Origin: Nitrososphaerota archaeon
Lineage (GTDB): Archaea > Thermoproteota > Nitrososphaeria_A > Caldarchaeales > Calditenuaceae
Length of the DNA: 64,000 nt
Direction: 5' to 3'
Assembly (NCBI GenBank): GCA_041641295.1
Contig: JBEPYO010000001.1
Coordinates: forward strand, 1,472,001 to 1,536,000
Numbering within the stretch: the first letter of the stretch is position 1; the number at the start of each line of letters is the position of its first letter. Both the position numbers and the translations under genes were made by a program. This document shows, one piece after another, positions 1 through 9,810 of this stretch. The notes under the pieces were generated by a model. That model saw only the letters and a program-made list of their open reading frames with translations, searched no databases and was not told the origin of the DNA.

Positions 1-73
1 CGAGGCTAAAATAAGCGCTGCTCAGGCAGAAGGGCTGAAGCTGCTGCCGCGGTGGGGAGCAATAGTAGAATAA
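1..73 (+). CDS. 3' end of an upstream gene (truncated by window edge; possibly part of the sugar ABC locus)
   Basis: Open frame EAKISAAQAEGLKLLPRWGAIVE* ending TAA at 71-73, followed by T-rich tracts. Confidence 0.45.
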   Translation, partial: EAKISAAQAEGLKLLPRWGAIVE

Positions 74-146
74 ATCTTTATCCATAATTTTTTATTTACG
101 TGAAATATTTTTTAATTGCGTTTACATTATTTATGTTGATTGGGGA

Positions 147-1706
147 ATGGGCTCCTCCCAAGAGATACTTGTAGAAGCAAAGAACATCACTAAAACATTC
201 GACACAGTAGTCAGAGCTCTGGATGGCGTTAGTATAGAAGTGAGAAAGAGGGAGATCCTTAGTGTAGTAGGGGAGAATGGTGCTGGAAAATCCACGCTAA
301 TGAAAATTCTTGTCGGTATACATCCACCAGATAGCGGAGAGTTATACTACATGGGCGAGCGTATTCCATTTCCTAAAAACCCGCTAGACGCCCTGAAAAG
401 GGGTATCTCAATAGTTTACCAAGAGAGAGGTGTCATCCCCCACCTCAAGGTCTACCAATTTCTATTCCTAGGCCTCGAAGACAAGTTCACAAAGCTCGGG
501 CGGCTACAGCTAGAAAAAATCATAGGTACGGCCAAGTCCGTTTTTGATGAACTGGGAATCAAATGTGATCTGGGAAGCTATCTATACGAGTTACCTCTAT
601 CCACTCAGAAGATGGTTGAAATAGCGAGGGCAATTCTGAGTATCAGACTGGCTACAGGTGAGGGCAGGGAGGGCGAGGTCACCCCTCTGATAATACTTGA
701 TGAGCCAACCGCCCCACTATCAATAGAAGAGAGAGACGAGTTATTCGAGTATCTGCTAAACCTAAAAAAGGAGAACTCATTCATATTTGTGTCACATATC
801 ATCCCCGAAGTAATGAAATTTAGCGATCGCATATACGTTCTACGGGATGGAAAGGTCGTGGCACATCACGACGTGGCTGCGGAGAAGGTCACCGAAGAAG
901 AGTTGTTCAGAGAAATAGTCGGCCGAGAATCCTACTACGATCTTTTAGAAAGATACGGTTATGGACAAGAGCAGCTTCAAGAGAGGCCCACAATCCTGTC
1001 TGTTAGAAATCTCACCAAGAAAGGATACTACACAGATATTTCCTTCGATATTCGCGAGGGAGAATGTGTTGGGCTTTTTGGACCTGCTGGCTGCGGTAAG
1101 AGTGAGATCGCCAAAACTCTCTACGGTGTCCTTACATTCGATAAGGGCAAGATAATCATGGATGGTCATGAATTGAGGGCGAAGGGTGGACCATACTCTA
1201 GAATACGGAGGGGCCTGGGGTATTTCTCGGGTGAGACGGGTAAAGAGCTCTTCCTCTACTGGTCGATAAGAAAGAATGTCTCGATAATTAATTTTGAAAA
1301 GGTTGTTAGAAAACACCTCGGAGTTGTTCCAGTAATAAGCCTGAGGCTGGAGAAGAGCCTAGCTGAAAAAATAGTGAAGAAGCTACGGATTAGGGCCCCG
1401 AGTGTCGATACCGAGTGCTACTCTCTTAGTGGTGGCAATAAGCAGAAGGTCTCAGTCGGTAAATGGCTTGAGAAGAGTCCGAAAGTATTGATTCTGGAAG
1501 ACCCCACTATTGGCATTGATGTGGGCGCGAGGGAAGACATATACGAAGTCCTACTAGAAATGAAGAAGAACGGGGTCTCAATGCTGCTTGTAAGCGACGA
1601 CCCCAAGGAATATGCGATTCTCTGTGACAAAATACTAATGCTAAAGGATGGGGTGGTTCAGCGGGTTTGCTCAAATAAGGAATTCAGGAGTTTGATGGGT
1701 CTATGA
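147..1706 (+). CDS. Monosaccharide (CUT2, RbsA/MglA-type) ABC transporter ATP-binding protein with two NBDs
   Basis: GENGAGKST Walker A, ILDEPT, second NBD with LSGGNKQK signature and EDPTIGIDVG. Confidence 0.93.
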   Translation: MGSSQEILVEAKNITKTFDTVVRALDGVSIEVRKREILSVVGENGAGKSTLMKILVGIHPPDSGELYYMGERIPFPKNPLDALKRGISIVYQERGVIPHLKVYQFLFLGLEDKFTKLGRLQLEKIIGTAKSVFDELGIKCDLGSYLYELPLSTQKMVEIARAILSIRLATGEGREGEVTPLIILDEPTAPLSIEERDELFEYLLNLKKENSFIFVSHIIPEVMKFSDRIYVLRDGKVVAHHDVAAEKVTEEELFREIVGRESYYDLLERYGYGQEQLQERPTILSVRNLTKKGYYTDISFDIREGECVGLFGPAGCGKSEIAKTLYGVLTFDKGKIIMDGHELRAKGGPYSRIRRGLGYFSGETGKELFLYWSIRKNVSIINFEKVVRKHLGVVPVISLRLEKSLAEKIVKKLRIRAPSVDTECYSLSGGNKQKVSVGKWLEKSPKVLILEDPTIGIDVGAREDIYEVLLEMKKNGVSMLLVSDDPKEYAILCDKILMLKDGVVQRVCSNKEFRSLMGL

Positions 1707-2692
1707 AGGGAGAATTTGAGAAGTCAACTGTGGTAACAACCGTTGCGCTGGCTTGGAGGCTGATTAGGATAAATCCCGCATTGTGGACCATTTTCAGTCT
1801 AATAGTCCTCTTCTCTGTAATAGTTCCAGAAAAGTTTCTCTCGGCCAGCAATCTGGTGGCTATTCTGAAGAGTTTTGCTGTAACCGCGATGCTGTCCGTG
1901 GGGCCGACCTTCGTAATATTGATGGGCTCTATCGATGTCTCTTATATGGGTGTGTGGATGTTTGGTGGCGCCCTTGTATGGCTGCTCTACCCATATCTTG
2001 GCCTTGCGTCAATACTGGTTTATCCTGTATTCGGCCTGCTTGTCGGACTAGTAAATGGCTATATCCATGTCAAGGCTAAGATACCATCATTCATACTCAC
2101 AATCGCGGTGACCGCTGTATTTGCGTTCCTAACCACATATGTTAGAAACGTCTCAGGGGTATTGACGCTCACTGTTCCAGCATATAATTTCCTGAGGGAG
2201 TCGCCCATACCCTACCTTCCATCACCATTCCTACTGGCACTGCCGACTATTGCTTTGGCGATATTCTTTATGTTCTTCACTAAAGTGGGGACCTATCTCT
2301 GCGCTATAGGGTCTAATGAGGAGGGTGCCAGCCTAGCTGGAATCAATGTCAGAAAATATAAAATACTTGCTTTCATGATTAGCGGGTTCTTAACAGGGCT
2401 AGGCTCTATCGCTATTTTTGTCCACCTCGGAAACCAGACAAGGGTGGACTTTGACCCCAGCGAGTTGATTAGAGGTTTAGCTGCAATAGTCCTTGGGGGG
2501 ACACCTTTGGCCGGTGGGATGGGTGGCCCGCATAGGACTCTGATGGGTGCACTAGTTTATGTTTTGATATTCAATGGGCTGTTCCTACTGCCTGGTGTAG
2601 ATCCGAACCACCTCAAACTCTATATAGGTACGCTTTTGCTGGCGGCTGTTGTCGTCGCGTCGAAAGCTCTTAAAGGTGCCTTAATCGCCTAG
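1703..2692 (+). CDS. Monosaccharide ABC transporter permease (RbsC family)
   Basis: Hydrophobic; GSIDVS, IPSFILT, AIGSNEEGASLAGINV, AAIVLGGT motifs; ATGA overlap with ATPase. Confidence 0.92.
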   Translation: MKGEFEKSTVVTTVALAWRLIRINPALWTIFSLIVLFSVIVPEKFLSASNLVAILKSFAVTAMLSVGPTFVILMGSIDVSYMGVWMFGGALVWLLYPYLGLASILVYPVFGLLVGLVNGYIHVKAKIPSFILTIAVTAVFAFLTTYVRNVSGVLTLTVPAYNFLRESPIPYLPSPFLLALPTIALAIFFMFFTKVGTYLCAIGSNEEGASLAGINVRKYKILAFMISGFLTGLGSIAIFVHLGNQTRVDFDPSELIRGLAAIVLGGTPLAGGMGGPHRTLMGALVYVLIFNGLFLLPGVDPNHLKLYIGTLLLAAVVVASKALKGALIA

Positions 2693-2706
2693 CGAGTGGT
2701 GCAAAC

Positions 2707-3669
2707 ATGGGTCAAACAATCGTTTATAGGGAGTGGCTGCATAGAAATCTTAACACTATAGTGCCGATCTCCGGGCTTTTATTGTTAATTACTCTTTTAC
2801 GGATTGCCAACCCATTCTTCCTAGCGAGCTGGGACAGTGCAATCACTCTGATCTACGGTATGTCATTTTTCCTAATAGCGGCTTGCGGGCTTACGCTAGT
2901 CATTCTTATGGGCTCGTTTGATTTTTCCGTTCCCAGTGTTCTAAAGCTTTCTGCCATGATATTCGCTGTCCTATATCCTTCCATCGGCTTTCTATCAATA
3001 CCCTCGGCCCTAGGTGTAGCCCTAGTTTTCGGATACGTGAATGGCTTGTTACTGGCGAAGTTTGGAATCCCCTCTTTTATGGCCACTCTAGCCACATCTA
3101 TGGTGGCTGAGGGGCTAGCCCAAATAATCTCTGGTGGATATACGCGGATGATAACTGACCCGGCATTCAGGGCTATCTCGACGACCATGATATTTGGTTT
3201 GCCGGCGATATTTTATTGGAGCGTGGTTTTGTGGCTTGTCGCCGTGCTTATTACGATGGTTACACCCTTCGGTAGGGCTATCTACGCTATTGGCGGAAAT
3301 CTGGTAGGGGCGAATCTCGCTGGGATAAATGTCTCAAGGGTTAGGATTCTAGTCTTCATGATCTGCGCACTGTTCGCGGGTCTCGCGGGTATTTTCTATG
3401 CTTCTCAGATTCAGGGGGCGCATATGCAGGTTGGTGTCTTGGACACGATACCTCTCTTTGCGAGCGTGGTTGTGGGTGGGACGGCGTTGACTGGGGGTGT
3501 CGGTGGTGTGCATAGGACTCTGCTGGGGGTGTTGATTATCAGGTGGCTGGATTCTGGTCTAAGCATGCTGGCAATAGATCTGAACATTAGGATGATAATC
3601 TTCGGAGTTATCGCGATTGTGATGGCGATATTGACGATAGATAGGCGGAGGATTAAGATAATGAAGTAG
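2707..3669 (+). CDS. Second monosaccharide ABC transporter permease (RbsC family)
   Basis: GSFDFSV, IPSFMATL, YAIGGN...AGINV, VVVGGTALTGGVG. Confidence 0.92.
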   Translation: MGQTIVYREWLHRNLNTIVPISGLLLLITLLRIANPFFLASWDSAITLIYGMSFFLIAACGLTLVILMGSFDFSVPSVLKLSAMIFAVLYPSIGFLSIPSALGVALVFGYVNGLLLAKFGIPSFMATLATSMVAEGLAQIISGGYTRMITDPAFRAISTTMIFGLPAIFYWSVVLWLVAVLITMVTPFGRAIYAIGGNLVGANLAGINVSRVRILVFMICALFAGLAGIFYASQIQGAHMQVGVLDTIPLFASVVVGGTALTGGVGGVHRTLLGVLIIRWLDSGLSMLAIDLNIRMIIFGVIAIVMAILTIDRRRIKIMK

Positions 3670-3672
3670 GTT

Positions 3673-4752
3673 TTAGCTGAGGTTCCAGTGGACTGGTATA
3701 AATCTGCTCTTCTTAGATTCTTTAGCTGGAGGCCTCCCCACAATCGCTATCTTGTAGCCGCATTTCGGGCACGTGTTCTGGGGTGTTAGACGCCACTCTA
3801 TTATGTCGAATCCAAACCTCTCCACAACCATGTATCCACATCCTGGGCAGTAGGTGTGCTCGTACGGATGGCCTGGTACGTTTCCTATGTAGGCGTAGTT
3901 CATTCCCTCTTCTTTCGCTATTCTCCAGTGGGCTTCGAGCGTCTCTATCGGCGTCCATGGTAGGTGCATTAGCTTGTAGTCTGGGTGGAATCTTAGGAAG
4001 TGTATGGGCGTGTCTGGGCCGAGGTTGTCGTGAACCCATCTCACAAGCTTTCGAGCCGCGTTTAGGTCGTCGCCGATTTGGGGGACTACTAGGTCGGTTA
4101 TCTCGATGTGTATCCGCGTCTTCTCCTTCATCTCGAGGAGTGTCTGGAAGATTGGCTCCGCGTCGGGTATCCCGATGTAGCGTCTCACAAACCCCTTCTC
4201 CCCATTACCCTTAAAGTCTACTGTTGCTGCGTCGAGGAATGTGGATGCCATGGCCACTGACTCTGGTGTCCAGTATCCGTTGGTGACGAAGATGTTGAAT
4301 AGGCCGAGCCTCTTGGCCTCTAGGCCCACATCCCGCGCAAACTCCATGAAGATTGTCGGCTCGTTGTAGGTGTAGGCTATTCCGTGTGAGCCGTACCGCG
4401 CAGCATGCTCCGCCACCTGTCTCGGAGTAACCTCGATTCCTTCAACCTTCCTACGCTGGCTGATGTCGAAGTTTTGGCAGTATTGGCAGAGCCAGTTGCA
4501 GCCAGTAGTGGCTATGCTGAATATCTTTGTACCGGGCATATAGTGTGTTACTGGCTTCTTCTCTATTGGGTCGATATGGCTTGCGATTACCCTGCCATAG
4601 ACGTAGAGGTAGAGTTTTCCGTCGTGGGCTCCCCTAACCCCACATAGACCCACTTGGTTGTCGGAGAGGCGGCAATATCTGGCACAAGCTGTGCATTTAA
4701 TCTTCCCTCCCTCTATAGTCCATAGCTCCGCCTCTTTTCCGGGAATTTGCAT
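3673..4752 (-). CDS. amrS: AmmeMemoRadiSam system radical SAM enzyme (PflX-like)
   Basis: N-terminal CTACARYC...C, DPIEKKP, radical SAM CNWLCQYC, YTYNEP, RFHPDYK, YIGNVPG, C-terminal CPGC/CPKC. Confidence 0.88.
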   Translation of the reverse strand: MQIPGKEAELWTIEGGKIKCTACARYCRLSDNQVGLCGVRGAHDGKLYLYVYGRVIASHIDPIEKKPVTHYMPGTKIFSIATTGCNWLCQYCQNFDISQRRKVEGIEVTPRQVAEHAARYGSHGIAYTYNEPTIFMEFARDVGLEAKRLGLFNIFVTNGYWTPESVAMASTFLDAATVDFKGNGEKGFVRRYIGIPDAEPIFQTLLEMKEKTRIHIEITDLVVPQIGDDLNAARKLVRWVHDNLGPDTPIHFLRFHPDYKLMHLPWTPIETLEAHWRIAKEEGMNYAYIGNVPGHPYEHTYCPGCGYMVVERFGFDIIEWRLTPQNTCPKCGYKIAIVGRPPAKESKKSRFIPVHWNLS

Positions 4753-4810
4753 AATGCTCTTACTCTAGCTGTAATGGTCGGCCGCCGCTCTTAAACTTTC
4801 ACCTACTACG

Positions 4811-5404
4811 TCATTGTTTAGCAATTCTGATGTAGTTCTTTAGTATCTTCTCTCCTGTTCTGCCCGACTTTTCCGGGTGGAACTGTGTCCCGAACAGGGC
4901 CCCTTCCCCGATTATTGAGGGGAAGTCAGTCTCGTAGCTAGTGGTGGCTATGACTATGCGCTCGTCTATAGGCTGTGGGGCGTAAGAGTGCATGAAGTAG
5001 ACGTATTCGCCCGCCTGGATATCTTCTGTCAGGGGTGAGGGCCTGATAGGGATTATCCTGTTCCAGCCCATGTGGGGGAGCTTTGACGCCCTTAGTCGTG
5101 CGACCCGTCCCCTGAATACTCCCAGCCCCGTCCCAGGCCCCTCATCGCTCGAGTCGAATAGTATCTGCATTCCGAGACAGATTCCGAGGAATGGTCTGCC
5201 TGAACGTATATAGTCCAACACCTCTTCACGTATTCCTTCAATTCTGCGCGCCGCCTCCGTGAAGTTTCCGACCCCGGGGAAGATGAAAGCATCTATAGTG
5301 TCGTCTGGCTTCTCGAGTATGACGACCTCAGCCCCAAGCCTCTTTACCGCAGAAGTTATGCTGAAGAGGTTGCTGAGTCCTATGCTCAGTATACCCACCC
5401 GCAA
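4811..5404 (-). CDS. hisH: Imidazole glycerol phosphate synthase, glutamine amidotransferase subunit
   Basis: PGVG, GICLGMQ, PHMGWN, YFMHSY, QFHPEKS. Confidence 0.96.
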   Translation of the reverse strand: MRVGILSIGLSNLFSITSAVKRLGAEVVILEKPDDTIDAFIFPGVGNFTEAARRIEGIREEVLDYIRSGRPFLGICLGMQILFDSSDEGPGTGLGVFRGRVARLRASKLPHMGWNRIIPIRPSPLTEDIQAGEYVYFMHSYAPQPIDERIVIATTSYETDFPSIIGEGALFGTQFHPEKSGRTGEKILKNYIRIAKQ

Positions 5405-5406
5405 AG

Positions 5407-5991
5407 CTATATCACACCCTTACTGCTTGGCGGCCCTCTTCTCCTCTGCTCTCTCTGCCAAGCATTCCTGAGGGCCACGGCCAGGGCTTTTACCGCCGCC
5501 TCAACCTTGTGGTGGTCGTTTAACCCATACCTCACATTGATATGTATCACTGCTGGGATGGAGTGGGCGAGTGACTGGAAAAAGTGGACTATGTCTTCAG
5601 CCGCCATATCTTCAATTGACGTGTTCGATATGCCGATGTCGACCTTCGCGTGTGGCCTCTTCACCAAGTCTACTGAAGCCTCGGCTAGGGCCTCATCCAT
5701 GGGTATGAGTGCGTATCCGAACCTTGCTATGCCTGAGCGGTCTCCAAGCGCCTCGCCAAGGGCCTGTCCAAGCGTTATACCCACGTCCTCGACGCCGTGG
5801 TGCTTAAGGTCCCACTCCGCCTCCACTGATAGGTCCATGAGGCTGTGATAGGCGAGAAGTGTGAGGATGTGGTCGAAGAATCTTATCCGCGTGGAGCCGC
5901 TGAATCTCCCCTCCCCCTCTAGGAGGAGTTTTACGTCAACCTTTGTCTCACCTGTCTTGCGTGTGACAGAGCTCTCGCGCCTCTCCATCAA
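5407..5991 (-). CDS. hisB: Imidazoleglycerol-phosphate dehydratase (monofunctional)
   Basis: RKTGET, FFDHIL, HHGVEDVGI, PMDEAL, NDHHKVEA. Confidence 0.96.
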   Translation of the reverse strand: MMERRESSVTRKTGETKVDVKLLLEGEGRFSGSTRIRFFDHILTLLAYHSLMDLSVEAEWDLKHHGVEDVGITLGQALGEALGDRSGIARFGYALIPMDEALAEASVDLVKRPHAKVDIGISNTSIEDMAAEDIVHFFQSLAHSIPAVIHINVRYGLNDHHKVEAAVKALAVALRNAWQREQRRRGPPSSKGVI

Positions 5992-7160
5992 ACCGCCCCC
6001 AACACCTTGGCTATGTCGTCTGGGCTCGACATTATGGCGTCGCTGCCGAGGGATGCAAAGAACTCGGCAGACTGTGAGGGATTGGGTGCTAGGCCCACTA
6101 CTGCGGCGAAGAGGGTCCTGTAGCCGTACTTTTCGACGCTCCGCGCCATGAAGAAGTCTTCAGCCGAGTTCCCCAAGTAAATCGGGGATGCGGCCCCACC
6201 CATCCGTGTTACTGCCTTAACAATGCCGTATGGGCTCGGCTTCTTAACCACCTCACCCACCTGCCGGTACTCGTCCGCGAGGAAGACGCAGGCATCTCTA
6301 TTGAAGTATCTCATCAGTTCGCCCAGAACGATCTCTGTGGAGAACCTGTCCCTGCCGCTCACGATGCCCATATTCTCGACCCCAAACCTTCCGGCAAGCC
6401 ACTCCAAAGTCTCCTCCCTCACATTAACCCGCTCCTTCAAATACATCCCGGGCCCCAGGTCGAAGTAATTCCCTTTTCCATAGATTAGGCGGACGTTCTC
6501 TGGACCATAGTAGATGTCGCAGAAGAGGGTTTCGAGTAGCCCCTCCCCGTAACTCCCGGGCCTGCCTATTATGCGTCTGAAAGTCTCGAAGAGCTCGAGC
6601 TGCCCCCTCTTCACTGCAAACTCTCTTAGGGTCTGTTCGAGATCCGAGACGGAGAGGACTTGATCACCCACACGCCGCATGGTCTCTGATATAATCTGCT
6701 CGAGTGGTGGGGGTGTAGACTTGTACTCGTGCTGCATGTGCCCCGTCCTCAGGTCCACGGTCTGAGAAACGGTTTCTAGGAGGGTTTGAGGGTTTTCAGC
6801 ATCCTCTACCGCTGAGTCAAGCCCGTGTATTACCTCGGCCCTATCCCTTGGAAGCCCTGTGAATAGCCAGAGAGATAGAATGTATGCTGTGTCTGTGTCG
6901 TTGTTAAATCCCCCCGTCGACCTTAGGAGATAGATGTGGCTGCTGTTGACGGTGTGGGCGATAAGCTCTAGGTTTAGTATCTTCTCGAAAAGTATACTGA
7001 CCGTCTTCACTATAGCCATGTCGTAGCTCTCCCGCGTGTCTATTAGTACTCCGTCGCAGTCGAAGAGTATGGAGTCTACTATTCTGAGCATTTTAGCCGA
7101 CTCCTTATAGATGTAGGTCGGGGTCTCGCTTGAAATCTTGAAATATTTTGCCAGGGTCAA
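5988..7160 (-). CDS. HAD-superfamily hydrolase in his operon, candidate histidinol-phosphate phosphatase
   Basis: FDCDGVLID motif I, VSGR, KP, GNSAED; 4-nt overlaps with hisD and hisB. Confidence 0.75.
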   Translation of the reverse strand: MTLAKYFKISSETPTYIYKESAKMLRIVDSILFDCDGVLIDTRESYDMAIVKTVSILFEKILNLELIAHTVNSSHIYLLRSTGGFNNDTDTAYILSLWLFTGLPRDRAEVIHGLDSAVEDAENPQTLLETVSQTVDLRTGHMQHEYKSTPPPLEQIISETMRRVGDQVLSVSDLEQTLREFAVKRGQLELFETFRRIIGRPGSYGEGLLETLFCDIYYGPENVRLIYGKGNYFDLGPGMYLKERVNVREETLEWLAGRFGVENMGIVSGRDRFSTEIVLGELMRYFNRDACVFLADEYRQVGEVVKKPSPYGIVKAVTRMGGAASPIYLGNSAEDFFMARSVEKYGYRTLFAAVVGLAPNPSQSAEFFASLGSDAIMSSPDDIAKVLGAV

Positions 7161-8452
7161 AGCCTCGCAGCCTCCTCTAATGCCCTAAGGTGTAGGGGCA
7201 GCCTCTCAGCCGAAATTAGATCCCGCATCTCTCGATAAGCGCGTCTAATGTCTGTTTTCGAAGATCTGACTGTGGGGAGCAGCTTCACATAGTCTAGAAC
7301 AGTTAACCCTCCTCTTATGGATGCCCATCCATCCGTCGGCAAGACATGGCTGGGCCCAGCATAGTAGTCTAGAAAGACTCCTGAGGAATGTCGGCCATAG
7401 CTCACGACTCCGGCACTCCTTACATCCCTAAGCCTCTTTCTCCCTATATCGGCGTAGATTAGCAGGTGCTCTGGTGCAAAAGCCTCTATGAAGCGGGTTG
7501 CAGCATCCCAGCTGTCGGCAGTGCATACAAATCCGCGGGTACTCAGGGACTTTGAGGCGGGCGATTCTGGGGGCAGCTCCTTCAACAGGTCTGAGAGGCT
7601 CTCGATGATCTTGGACTCCGATTCGGGGTCAAGCGCCAGAGCCCCAACCAATGTGTCTGGACTGTGCTCGGCCTGCGCAGCCATCTCTAGTGCGACCTGT
7701 CTGAAGGGTGTAGTCGAGTCAACTACAACGAGCAGCTCTGTAGGCCCCGCTGCGAAGTCTACTGCAACATCCCTCGAGACAAATCTCTTAGCCTCGAGGA
7801 CATACATGTTCCCCGGCCCCACTATCTTCTTCACACTCCTGACCGTCGCCGTGCCATATGCAAGGGCCGCTATGGCTTGAGCGCCACCAGACCATAGTAC
7901 CTCGCTGAAGCCGGCTATGTACGATGCGGCTAGGACAATTCTCCTATCCTCCTCGCTTTTACGAGGTGGCGTGGCTAGGACGAGTCTTTTGACACCCGCA
8001 ACTGTTCCCGGGACACCCATCATCAAGACGGTGGACGGATAGGATGCAGACCCCCCGGGTGCGTAGCATCCCACAGACTCGAGGGGGACTGGTCTAATCT
8101 CAACCCTAGTACCGCCAATAGTAATGTTTAGGGTCAGCCGCTTGTAGAGCCTCCTCTCGAGGGCCGATAATCTCTTTCTAAGACGCTTCATGGCTGAGAC
8201 TATTTTAGAGGGGGCTGCCTCGTATGCCTCCCTCGCCTCCTCCCTAGATGATACGAGTTCCTCTCTGTTTAGATGGATACCGTCAAACTGCTCCGACATC
8301 CTGATCAAGGCCTCGTCACCCTCCCTCCGTACCGCCCAGACGATCTCTTTAACAGCCTCTATAACCTCGGGTGGTGGGCTGGCCTGCGCTCGGATAAGAC
8401 GGGCTGCTTCAGCCGCGTTCTCTCTCGATATCCTTACCACTCTCACGTCCAA
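7157..8452 (-). CDS. hisD: Histidinol dehydrogenase
   Basis: YAPGG..YPSTVLM, GGAQAIAALAYGT, IVGPGNMYV, AGPTE, QAEH, APEHL, DY.AGPSHVLPT. Confidence 0.95.
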   Translation of the reverse strand: MDVRVVRISRENAAEAARLIRAQASPPPEVIEAVKEIVWAVRREGDEALIRMSEQFDGIHLNREELVSSREEAREAYEAAPSKIVSAMKRLRKRLSALERRLYKRLTLNITIGGTRVEIRPVPLESVGCYAPGGSASYPSTVLMMGVPGTVAGVKRLVLATPPRKSEEDRRIVLAASYIAGFSEVLWSGGAQAIAALAYGTATVRSVKKIVGPGNMYVLEAKRFVSRDVAVDFAAGPTELLVVVDSTTPFRQVALEMAAQAEHSPDTLVGALALDPESESKIIESLSDLLKELPPESPASKSLSTRGFVCTADSWDAATRFIEAFAPEHLLIYADIGRKRLRDVRSAGVVSYGRHSSGVFLDYYAGPSHVLPTDGWASIRGGLTVLDYVKLLPTVRSSKTDIRRAYREMRDLISAERLPLHLRALEEAARL

Positions 8453-9404
8453 TCTCCTCTAGAGGGAGTATGAGTTCAGGCTTGTGGGCTACTAGGCCCT
8501 GAGCCAGCCTCCTAAGCTTGGGGAGTATCTTGTGGAGTTCCGACTTATCAATGACGGTGTTCACGGCATACCAGCCCTCCATGGACAGCTTGTTGATGGT
8601 GGGGGACTTTAGAGCAGGGAGGGTCGAGAGCAGTTCCTCGAGGTTCTCCTCCCTGACGTTTAGGAAGATATGAAGCTTCTTCTCCGACTCTAATACGCCA
8701 GTGAACATGGTTAAGATGTCGTAGATCTTTTCACGCTTCCACCCATCCTCAAGCGACTTCTTATTAGCTATCAGCAGGGCGGAACTCTCCATCAGCTCCT
8801 CCACCACAGCCAAGTTATTCTGCTCGAGTGTCCGGCCAGTCTCTGTGTTGTCGACGACAGCATCCGCAGCGAGGGGAGGCTTAGCCTCCGTAGCTCCAAA
8901 GGACAGGAGTATTGAGACTTGGGGATTGTCGCCATACCGATACCAGGGTGTGATTATCATGGGCCTCTTGGACCCAAACCTTGAGGCGTAGGCCTCAGTC
9001 GCAACTACTCTATTCATCGTTATGTTGAGGTATTCGGTTGCTATTCTCACGGGCCGGCCGTTGGAGAGGTTCTCCTCCAAGAAATGGTCTAGGCTCTCGT
9101 ATCTACTGCTAGCCGGAGCCGCGAAGACGAGCTTAACCCTCCCAAACTCGAGATCCCGAAGTATCTTAACATCCGCCCCCGTCTCCTCAACCCAATCACG
9201 ACCCGTGATACCCACGTCGAAAAGACCCTCCGCAATATAGACAGGTATCTCCTGCGGCCTAAGAATTCGCAGCTCGATCTCCCTATCACTGATTAGCGGG
9301 CTGTAGCTCCTCTCATAGCCCTCCACTCTATAGAAGGCCTTCTCTAGCAGCTCGATAGCCCCCTTCTCTAAGGACCCCTTAGGGATTACCATTCTTAAAC
9401 GCAT
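8409..9404 (-). CDS. hisG: ATP phosphoribosyltransferase (long form with C-terminal regulatory domain)
   Basis: PKGSL, RPQEIP, DVGITGRD, IATEY, GATE, ETGRTL..N; C-terminal LPALKSPTI. Confidence 0.95.
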   Translation of the reverse strand: MRLRMVIPKGSLEKGAIELLEKAFYRVEGYERSYSPLISDREIELRILRPQEIPVYIAEGLFDVGITGRDWVEETGADVKILRDLEFGRVKLVFAAPASSRYESLDHFLEENLSNGRPVRIATEYLNITMNRVVATEAYASRFGSKRPMIITPWYRYGDNPQVSILLSFGATEAKPPLAADAVVDNTETGRTLEQNNLAVVEELMESSALLIANKKSLEDGWKREKIYDILTMFTGVLESEKKLHIFLNVREENLEELLSTLPALKSPTINKLSMEGWYAVNTVIDKSELHKILPKLRRLAQGLVAHKPELILPLEEIGRESGKDIERERG

Positions 9405-9497
9405 GACCTGTCTGGGCTCACTACCTCTGCCTCAGCTAATAAAACTATGGCCTCTAACACGGGCTTTGGCGGTGAACTGGCGTCCTGTTAGTCGGTT

Positions 9498-9641
9498 CTA
9501 CTCGCTCCAGAGCTCCCTCTTGAGTAGGTCTCTCACCGCTGCCCTCAGAATGGCTGAGCGGCTGGGATAGATCTTCTTCTTTACAAGCTCGTCCATACCC
9601 TCTATCAAAGCCTCTGGAAGCTTAACACTTATCAGCTTCAT
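9498..9641 (-). CDS. 47-aa ribbon-helix-helix transcription factor (CopG/Arc fold; aCcr1/CdrS-like), absent from the ORF track
   Basis: Manual translation MKLISVKLPEALIEGMDELVKKKIYPSRSAILRAAVRDLLKRELWSE*; beta-strand ISVKL plus YPSRS..LR.A.RD.L helix pattern. Confidence 0.85.
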   Translation of the reverse strand: MKLISVKLPEALIEGMDELVKKKIYPSRSAILRAAVRDLLKRELWSE

Positions 9642-9810
9642 CGCGGTAGGTGAGAAGTTATCCGCTGGTAGATAAACTCAATACCCTAAACCATTGAACA
9701 TAATACTCAAAAAATTTTATGGGAATATATCTGAGGCGTTTATGGCGCCGCCTTGTCCACGGAAAGGGTATATAAGTAGGACACATACAACTCAATACCG
9801 GTGATTAATT

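Noticed and set aside
3683-3692. GTTCCAGTGG resembling an archaeal ORB origin box
   Set aside because: Single copy inside the amrS 3' end, no G-string, no cdc6 or unwinding element adjacent
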